From: Bacillota bacterium
GTDB taxonomy: Bacteria > Bacillota > SHA-98 > UBA4971
DNA: 64,000 nt
Direction: 5' to 3'
Assembly (NCBI GenBank): GCA_035593725.1
Contig: DAOSZN010000011.1
Coordinates: 6,789-70,788, forward strand
Positions 57,762 to 64,000 of the stretch are shown piece by piece (position 1 is the stretch's first letter; each line of letters starts with the position of its first letter). The notes under the pieces were generated by a model. The model was not told the DNA's origin, did not search any database, and was given only the letters and a program-made list of their open reading frames with translations. Made by a program: the position numbers and the translations under genes.

Positions 57762-58538
57762 TCAATCCATCCCGTCTGAAAACTTGATGTCCCATGACTT
57801 GAGCTGTTCTATTAAGTCATACTTGGTAAGATCGAGATGAATCGGGGTAATGGAAATCATGTTGTGCCTGACAGCTGTAGAATCGATATCGAGAGCACCG
57901 TCGCAATCTTCCACATTGCCTGCCATCCAGTAATATGTCCTACCTCTCGGATCAACTCGCCTGTCAAAGACGTCTTTCCATACCCTCGCGCCTAGCTTTG
58001 TAATTGACACGCCGGCCAAATCCCGCCTCTCCACAGACGGAATATTGACGTTCAGAAGCGTCTTAGGAGGCAGCCCGTTTTCAGCCACTCGTAAGACGAG
58101 TTGTCTTCCGAACTCTGCTGCCATAGAGTAGTTGCAATTCTCAAATGCTGCCACAGATATGGCCACAGAAGGAATTCCGTATATCGCACCTTCAATGGCA
58201 GCTGAGACAGTGCCGGAGTATAAGACGTCAGTCCCTAGGTTAGGTCCGCGATTGATACCGGAAACCACCATATCAGGCTTCCATTCCAAGAGGTCCTCAA
58301 TAGCCAACTTGACACAATCTGAAGGAGTGCCATCAACAGCCCATGCTTGGATCCGGGGGTCAGAGAAGTCGATTCTTTCTATCCTGAGCGGCCTAAGCAC
58401 AGTAATAGCATGCCCGGTGGCGCTTCTTTCTCTGTCTGGGGCCACTACGCTGACTTCACCGAGTTTTGCGAGATCCGCAGCCAGTATCCGTATCCCGTCA
58501 GCTAAGATTCCGTCATCGTTGGTGACCAATATTCGCAT
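57762..58538 (-). CDS. surE: 5'/3'-nucleotidase SurE
   Basis: MRILVTNDDGI...DRERSATGHAIT SurE signature. Confidence 0.92.
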   Translation of the reverse strand: MRILVTNDDGILADGIRILAADLAKLGEVSVVAPDRERSATGHAITVLRPLRIERIDFSDPRIQAWAVDGTPSDCVKLAIEDLLEWKPDMVVSGINRGPNLGTDVLYSGTVSAAIEGAIYGIPSVAISVAAFENCNYSMAAEFGRQLVLRVAENGLPPKTLLNVNIPSVERRDLAGVSITKLGARVWKDVFDRRVDPRGRTYYWMAGNVEDCDGALDIDSTAVRHNMISITPIHLDLTKYDLIEQLKSWDIKFSDGMD

Positions 58539-58547
58539 GAAGAAGGC

Positions 58548-59213
58548 TCACTCCTCATAACCTACATGAATTACTCCGTCGACTTCAATGATTTCATCCA
58601 GCAATCTGTCCTTGGGCACCGAGAATGGCACTTCAAGGCTAAGATGAATAGCAGCTTCATGCCCTTTCCCCACGGTTTCCATATCTACTTCTTTAATACT
58701 GACACCGTATCTACCTAACACCGATGCTATAGCACCTAACTGTCCCGGCCTGTCGCTTACCTGAACGAAAAGAGTGTCACGTTTTGACAGCATAAACCTT
58801 CGTTCAAAACGATCAAATACCACAAGCACCACAACAACAAGGCCGGTAGTCACTGCTCCTGAAACGTAGAATCCTGTACCGACAGCCAGTCCTATCCCTG
58901 CCACAACCCAAAGACTCGCTGCGGTGGTCAATCCTTTAATCGTTGCGCCTTCCCGAAGAATGGTGCCTGCCCCGAGAAAACCTATTCCGCTAATGACTTG
59001 AGCTGCGATTCGTCCCGGATCGTACCCTGATTTGCCTGAAAACTCCAAGAAAGCATATTGAGAAATTATCATTGCTAGGGCTGACCCAATACATACAAGA
59101 ATATGAGTTCTAAAGCCTGCAGGTCGTTTATGGCTTTCTCTTTCAAGTCCAATCAGTCCACCGAACATAGTAGCGACAATAAGTCTCAAAACTACCTCGC
59201 CCTGGGAGATCAC
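58548..59213 (-). CDS. mgtC: MgtC/SapB-family membrane protein with C-terminal ACT-like domain
   Basis: MgtC N-terminal block (LRLIVATMFGGLIGLERE...GFRTHILVCIGSAL) and C-terminal ACT-like domain; GTG start after GGAGGG. Confidence 0.85.
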   Translation of the reverse strand: MISQGEVVLRLIVATMFGGLIGLERESHKRPAGFRTHILVCIGSALAMIISQYAFLEFSGKSGYDPGRIAAQVISGIGFLGAGTILREGATIKGLTTAASLWVVAGIGLAVGTGFYVSGAVTTGLVVVVLVVFDRFERRFMLSKRDTLFVQVSDRPGQLGAIASVLGRYGVSIKEVDMETVGKGHEAAIHLSLEVPFSVPKDRLLDEIIEVDGVIHVGYEE

Positions 59214-59263
59214 GCGTTTCCCTCCCTATCACTAGCATCCTCAGGTATTATAGACTAAATTCA

Positions 59264-59272
59264 ATTATAACA
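59264..59272 (-). promoter_or_regulatory. Extended -10 element TGtTATAAT upstream of mgtC
   Basis: Minus strand aTGtTATAATtg about 50 nt upstream of the mgtC GTG; intergenic region (119 nt) too short for an M-box riboswitch. Confidence 0.3.
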
Positions 59273-59332
59273 TAAAGATCAGACCGGAAGCCGAAGTACA
59301 TGTGAGACAATGAGAGATGCCATCTGACTCTG

Positions 59333-60220
59333 TCAACTGCTTGCCTTTCGAGTGGGTTTTTCCCGTAAGGCCAAGACGCGGCGGGATACTTGACGTACAA
59401 GGACTTGTATCTCGTCCAAGGCTTCTAATACCGGTTTTTGAGACTCATCTCCGCATAACTCTTTTATGGCTTCCAATGCATAAGACCTAAGGTCTTCGTT
59501 CTCAAGGCATATTCTCACCAAAGGCTCAACTGCCCGTTCATCGCCTAACGCTCTCAGCGCCTGTATGGCGCCATAGCGAACATCAGTGGACTCGTCACCT
59601 AAAGCGGCAATTAGACGGCTTAAGACCTTAATATCGCCGATTTTCCTGAGCGCTTCAACTGCCTCGTATCTGACTGCAGGATCAGGATCACTCAATAGCG
59701 CAGACAAGCGAGGCACGGATTTCTTATGCTTGAGTTCTCCTAAGAGCTTTGCTGCTCTGCGCCGGGTATTTCTATCAGGCATGTCAAGTGCGCAGCTGAC
59801 AACTTCGACCACTTCCGCCTTGGGAAATTTCATTATCGCCCTGGTAATATTATAAGCGACATACGGATTCTCTTCCTTAAGCGCTTTCACAAGATGCTCT
59901 AATGAAGCACTGTCGCCGATTTCCCCAAGCGCTTCTGAGGCCCAGCTTCTAACTGAATCGTCCTCGTCCTCGAGGGCACGAATCAAAACGCATACAGCTT
60001 TCTTATCAGGTAGTTTGCTAAGGCCATAGGCTGCTCCACGCCTTGCGAAAACATCCCCTTCCTCAAGCGCCTGTATTAAGAGATCTACAATTTCCGCCCT
60101 TACGCTCAGAACTTCAGCCCTGGTCAGTTCCTGCGTATCACTGTCAAGCTTGGATAAATCTCCTTCAAGTTGAGATAGCTGATGAATTAGGATATCAATC
60201 TTGTCGATACCATCGACCAT
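59333..60220 (-). CDS. HEAT-repeat (PBS-lyase type) protein
   Basis: At least six 30-aa HEAT-like repeats (VRRGAAYGLSKL..., VRSWASEALGEIG..., VRYEAVEALRKIG..., VRYGAIQALRALG...); ATG 60220 after GGGGATGGGGGGA. Confidence 0.7.
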   Translation of the reverse strand: MVDGIDKIDILIHQLSQLEGDLSKLDSDTQELTRAEVLSVRAEIVDLLIQALEEGDVFARRGAAYGLSKLPDKKAVCVLIRALEDEDDSVRSWASEALGEIGDSASLEHLVKALKEENPYVAYNITRAIMKFPKAEVVEVVSCALDMPDRNTRRRAAKLLGELKHKKSVPRLSALLSDPDPAVRYEAVEALRKIGDIKVLSRLIAALGDESTDVRYGAIQALRALGDERAVEPLVRICLENEDLRSYALEAIKELCGDESQKPVLEALDEIQVLVRQVSRRVLALREKPTRKASS

Positions 60221-60407
60221 ACAAAATCCCCCCATCCCCTGGCAGCAACCTGGTTTCATAGCGCATTCCGCTACCCGAGAATCACCGTAAAGGGGACGAT
60301 GCGCCGCGCTCTTAAGTACAGCCCGGCGATAGCACGTTAACTGTTCGACACCGACGGATCTATTCCTCCCGCCTTAGTGTCGGTCAACCAATCTTTTTAT
60401 GTTATAT

Positions 60408-60773
60408 CTAGGCACTCCTCATTCCACAATGAGGGCACACTTCGGCGTCAAGTTCCATGAGATCATGGCACTTCAAGCATTCTTTCTTTACAGGCTTTCC
60501 ACAATGGGGGCAAAAGGCCAGGTTATGGATGTACTTCTTGGAACAGTGGGGACATATGAGAAGCTTTCCACGAGGGCGTATGAAAAAATATGCAGCTACC
60601 ACAAGCAATGTCCCGAAAACGCCTACTGTCAGGGCTGAGAAAACACAGGCTACCGCCCAAATCACGGGGTTGTAATCCCGACCGCGGGCATCCCGAAAAA
60701 TCAACCAAGCAGACACTGCTCCGACTGCTATCGTTCCTAGCAGGATAGGCCAATTCATTCCACTGGATTCCAT
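60408..60773 (-). CDS. Membrane protein with C-terminal double zinc-ribbon (3x CPHCG-type)
   Basis: Two TM helices, then CPHCSKK...CPHCGK...CLKC...CPHCG. Confidence 0.55.
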   Translation of the reverse strand: MESSGMNWPILLGTIAVGAVSAWLIFRDARGRDYNPVIWAVACVFSALTVGVFGTLLVVAAYFFIRPRGKLLICPHCSKKYIHNLAFCPHCGKPVKKECLKCHDLMELDAEVCPHCGMRSA

Positions 60774-60870
60774 ATTCTCTCCGCTGGAAAGACGTATCTT
60801 GACACGCCTATAATTCCAGCTCCCTCCCTATAGTATCATGTTTTTACACTGAGTCCGGCCGCAGGTTTCA

Positions 60871-61896
60871 CTAATCCTTAATATATTCAAATCTGAGTCC
60901 GGTTTCCGGAACAGGCGTTCTGAGCATCAAGTCTTCCACAGCCTTCTTAGGATCCGCCCCTTCAAAGAGGACACTGTACAATTTGGAGGCAATAGGCATC
61001 TCCACATTGAAACGTTTCGACAAAGCCACTGCAGTCTTGGTAGTGGTAATACCCTCCACCACCATATTTGTGGAACCTATGATCTCATCAAGGCTCTTGC
61101 CTCTGCCTATTGCCATTCCTGCTCTCCTGTTCCTCGATAACATGCTCGTACACGTGACAACTATATCACCCATCCCTGAAAGGCCTGCAAAGGTCATGGG
61201 ACTAGCTCCGAGAGCTGCGCCCAGCCTTGTAATCTCCGCAATACCCCTGGTCATAAGTGCAGCGCGCGTATTATCGCCGAATCCGAGCCCGTCAGAAACC
61301 CCGGTGCCTAAAGCAATTACGTTCTTTAGGGCGCCACCTAGCTCCACCCCGATGATATCGCTGCTGGTATAAACCCGGAGAGCCGAACACATCAGGGCCT
61401 CTTGAGCCAACTTGGCAACAGCAATATTAGAAGATGCAGCAACAATTGCAGTGGGAACTCTGCGAGCGACTTCTTCCGCATGGCTCGGACCTGAAATAAC
61501 ACCTATGTTAGCGGCAAGTTCACAAGGGAGTTCTTGTGTTATTACTTCTGACATTCGCATCAAAGTTCCTTCTTCAATACCTTTGGCTGCATGAATTAGA
61601 ACATGTTCTTCTGAAAGATACGGCCGGGCCTTCCGAATCACACTCCGCATGTGTTGAGCAGGTACCGGTATCAGGAGAATCCGGTTCATCCGGATGACTT
61701 TTTCCATGTCACAAGTAGCGAGGACTGTCTCCGGCATGAAGACGCCTTCCAAAAACGTGCTATTTGTACGGAATGTCCTTATTTCATCAGCTACTTCTTG
61801 TTCCCGAACCCACAAGTCCACAGTATAGCCTTCCTGAGCCAACAACACAGCCAGGGCTGTTCCCCAGCCTCCTGCGCCGATAATTCCCAGTCTCAC
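60871..61896 (-). CDS. gpsA: NAD(P)H-dependent glycerol-3-phosphate dehydrogenase
   Basis: Rossmann GAGGWGTALA and GpsA C-terminal domain; der-plsY-gpsA synteny. Confidence 0.93.
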   Translation of the reverse strand: MRLGIIGAGGWGTALAVLLAQEGYTVDLWVREQEVADEIRTFRTNSTFLEGVFMPETVLATCDMEKVIRMNRILLIPVPAQHMRSVIRKARPYLSEEHVLIHAAKGIEEGTLMRMSEVITQELPCELAANIGVISGPSHAEEVARRVPTAIVAASSNIAVAKLAQEALMCSALRVYTSSDIIGVELGGALKNVIALGTGVSDGLGFGDNTRAALMTRGIAEITRLGAALGASPMTFAGLSGMGDIVVTCTSMLSRNRRAGMAIGRGKSLDEIIGSTNMVVEGITTTKTAVALSKRFNVEMPIASKLYSVLFEGADPKKAVEDLMLRTPVPETGLRFEYIKD

Positions 61897-62492
61897 TCAG
61901 CTTTCTCTCCTAACTTTCGTTCTGTGCCGGATATAAGTCTCTTGATATTTGAATGGTGTTTTATTATAGCTAATCCACCTGCACCGGCGGCAAGGACCAC
62001 GTATTCAGTGGGGTAGTGTAGCCCATAGGCAGCAACAGGGGCAAGGCCTGCCACAATAACCGACCCAAGAGATACATACCTTGTAAGCAATACCACGACC
62101 AGCCAAACCGGCGCTAAGACTGCCGCAACCATAGGCATGGCAGCAATTACGATTCCGCTTCCGACTCCGATGCCTTTCCCGCCCCTAAATCTCAAGAATA
62201 CCGAGTATGCACTACCTATTGCAGCTGCCATCCCACACAATGCAACGCCATGCGTCCCGTAAGCCAGGATACCCAAATACACACTTAGGGCGCCTTTAGC
62301 AAGATCACAACCTAGAACAACGAGCGCCGGGCCCCATCCCAATACCCTAAGGACGTTAGTAGCGCCGATATTGCCACTGCCCTTAGTCTGTACGTCAACG
62401 CCTTTCCACAGCTTGCCTACAACGTACCCGGAAGGAATAGATCCTAAGATATAACTGAAACCTATAGCCATAAGAAGCCATACATATTTCAT
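61893..62492 (-). CDS. plsY: Glycerol-3-phosphate acyltransferase PlsY
   Basis: ILGSIPSGY...SGNIGATN PlsY signature, multi-TM, 4-nt overlap with gpsA. Confidence 0.92.
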   Translation of the reverse strand: MKYVWLLMAIGFSYILGSIPSGYVVGKLWKGVDVQTKGSGNIGATNVLRVLGWGPALVVLGCDLAKGALSVYLGILAYGTHGVALCGMAAAIGSAYSVFLRFRGGKGIGVGSGIVIAAMPMVAAVLAPVWLVVVLLTRYVSLGSVIVAGLAPVAAYGLHYPTEYVVLAAGAGGLAIIKHHSNIKRLISGTERKLGEKAE

Positions 62493-62512
62493 GGTTTCTC
62501 CTCCGTTCCTGT

Positions 62513-63838
62513 CTATCCTCTTTTCCTGAGCAAGAATCTCATGGGAACCCCTTCAAAATCAAACGATTGCCTCAAGGTATTCTCCAGGTAACGTCTATAG
62601 GAGAAATTCATGAGATCAGGATAATTCATAAACAGAGCAAAAGACGGCGGACGTGTTGATACCTGTGTCCCATAGTATATCTTCAGCTGTCTGCCTTTGT
62701 CATGGGGAGGCGTCACCCTAAACTGAGCTTCCTTCAGTACATCATTTAAGACCGGGGTCGCAATCCGTCTTCTATGATTTTCGGCTACTTTCTCCGTAAC
62801 CGTCATTAACATAGAAATCCCTTGGTTCTTTAGGGCGGACACGAACAAGAGAGGCGCATAGGATATAAACGCCATTTCGTTCCTTGTGCGCTGCTCGAAA
62901 TGGGCCTTCCCTTGTCTGCCTCCTGTGATGAGATCGCACTTATTGGCTACAATGATCATGCCTTGACCTGCTTCTTCCACATATCCGGCAATTCTTGCAT
63001 CTTGCGAGGCAGGCATTTCCGAAGCATCCAAAACGATGAAAGCTACATCACACCTATCGGCTGCCCGAAGCGCGCGAAATACGCTGTAACGTTCCACCGG
63101 ATCGCGAATCTTTGCCATCCGTCTAATCCCGGCGGTATCGATTATCACAAAGCGCTTGTCGTTCCACACGAAAGGGGTGTCCAGAGCGTCCCGGGTTGCA
63201 CCGGGTATCGGGGTTACGATAGATCGCTCTTCCCCTAGGATACAGTTCACCAAAGACGATTTGCCCGCATTGGGACGGCCAAGGACCGCCAGTTTTATTA
63301 CGTCATCCTCGATATCTCGTTCTCCGGGCTGAACAGGGGTATCAGGCAAGAGTTCCAGGGTTTTGTCAAGAAGATCCCCGATACCGATTCCGTGGGTCGC
63401 GGAAATAGGATGGGGCGGACCGAGGCCTAAGGCGTAAAACTCTACGTGGTGATCGTAACGACGGCCTTCTGCCTTGTTGGCGACAACTATCACCTTGCGT
63501 CCGGATTTCCTTAGAATGTCGGCGACATCATAATCATGTGGCATCAGGCCTGAAGCTGTATCCACCACAAACCAAACCACATCGGCTTCACGGATTGCCA
63601 TGTTAGTCTGGGAAATTATCATCTCTTCCATTGAAGAGGATGCGGGCCCTGCATGAATACCGCCTGTATCCACAAGTGTGAAGGTCTTTCCGTTCCACTC
63701 AGTGTGGGCGTAAACCCTGTCCCTTGTGACCCCGGGGGTTTCTTCGACAATAGCATGGCGCACGCCGAGGATCCTGTTAAACAGTGCAGATTTGCCTACG
63801 TTAGGTCTGCCCACAATAGCCACTATGGGGTCATACAT
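62513..63838 (-). CDS. der: Ribosome-associated GTPase Der/EngA (double G domain + KH)
   Basis: Two G domains (GRPNVGKSAL and GRPNAGKSSL P-loops) and C-terminal KH-like domain. Confidence 0.93.
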   Translation of the reverse strand: MYDPIVAIVGRPNVGKSALFNRILGVRHAIVEETPGVTRDRVYAHTEWNGKTFTLVDTGGIHAGPASSSMEEMIISQTNMAIREADVVWFVVDTASGLMPHDYDVADILRKSGRKVIVVANKAEGRRYDHHVEFYALGLGPPHPISATHGIGIGDLLDKTLELLPDTPVQPGERDIEDDVIKLAVLGRPNAGKSSLVNCILGEERSIVTPIPGATRDALDTPFVWNDKRFVIIDTAGIRRMAKIRDPVERYSVFRALRAADRCDVAFIVLDASEMPASQDARIAGYVEEAGQGMIIVANKCDLITGGRQGKAHFEQRTRNEMAFISYAPLLFVSALKNQGISMLMTVTEKVAENHRRRIATPVLNDVLKEAQFRVTPPHDKGRQLKIYYGTQVSTRPPSFALFMNYPDLMNFSYRRYLENTLRQSFDFEGVPMRFLLRKRG

Positions 63839-63939
63839 GAAAGGTCACCCCTATTGCACAGACTTTACCGGGTTTATAGAGAGCCTGCGTATATGTACAG
63901 ACACTTGAGTATTCCATAAAATAGTATTGTGACGACAAG

Positions 63940-63961
63940 AGGAGGGACTAGCCCTCCTCCC
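63940..63961. terminator. GC-rich inverted repeat GAGGAGGG-CTAG-CCCTCCTC upstream of der (possible terminator of the gene beyond the window end)
   Basis: 8-bp perfect stem; weak T-rich tract (TTGTCGTC) on the minus strand. Confidence 0.3.
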
Positions 63962-64000
63962 CACAGATTACAGCAACACCCGCAAAGTCCGGATACAATT

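Noticed and set aside
59214-59332. M-box (Mg) riboswitch upstream of mgtC
   Set aside because: The intergenic region is only 119 nt and shows only an extended -10 promoter-like element; it is too short for the ~160-nt M-box fold.
60343-60349. TTCGACA Spo0A-box heptamer in the HEAT / Zn-ribbon intergenic region
   Set aside because: A single 7-mer is expected several times by chance in 64 kb, and nothing else supports a sporulation link.
1-64000. CRISPR arrays, IS elements, integrases, prophage or defence islands
   Set aside because: No repeat-spacer arrays, transposase or recombinase-like ORFs, or compositional breaks were seen. The window reads as conserved core chromosome with housekeeping synteny throughout.

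Overview
This 64 kb window reads as core chromosome of an endospore-forming Firmicute (Clostridia-like, about 50% GC). About 60 genes are densely packed, nearly all on the minus strand. I see no rRNA or tRNA genes, CRISPR arrays, transposases or integrases. Every call is from motif reading by eye; no homology search was run.

Gene blocks in coordinate order (operons read high to low coordinate):
- Spore-cortex and stress island: YflT-like stress protein, Spo0E-like protein, M16 peptidase, SH3b-GH18 cortex hydrolase, two CE4 deacetylases, SleB/CwlJ-like hydrolase.
- DinG-like Fe-S helicase and nfo.
- Glycan operon: GT4 MraY/WecA-like transferase, GT2, MctB-family protein, SteA-like protein.
- spo0A, spoIVB.
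- rsmB, Zn-metallopeptidase, fmt, def, priA.
- YqeG-like HAD phosphatase; amidohydrolase; macro-domain gene; a decayed sugar ABC transporter.
- sigK, a PBP, mltG, DUF1292, ruvX, an aldo/keto-reductase-ferredoxin fusion, ireB, alaS.
- AI-2E transporter; mnmA, iscU, iscS, iscR.
- rarA (plus strand).
- aspS, hisS, a SurA_N/TPR protein, MBL hydrolase, dtd, relA, recJ, a LapA-like protein.
- A sigma-54 enhancer-binding protein followed by a ChlI/BchI-like AAA+ ATPase and a vWA protein.
- ddl, surE, mgtC, a HEAT-repeat protein, a Zn-ribbon membrane protein, gpsA, plsY, der.

The most unusual element is the sigma-54 regulator plus the Mg-chelatase-like AAA+/vWA pair at 51.4-56.3 kb. The two genes look like a ChlD split in two, the vWA half carries a large uncharacterised N-terminal region, and no ChlH/CobN-type partner is nearby. 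Secondary points of interest:
- the SteA/MctB operon fused to two glycosyltransferases;
- the oxidoreductase-ferredoxin fusion wedged into the conserved alaS-ireB-ruvX block;
- a decayed ABC transporter;
- an overlap between the M16 peptidase and the Spo0E-like gene;
- several promoter and terminator candidates.
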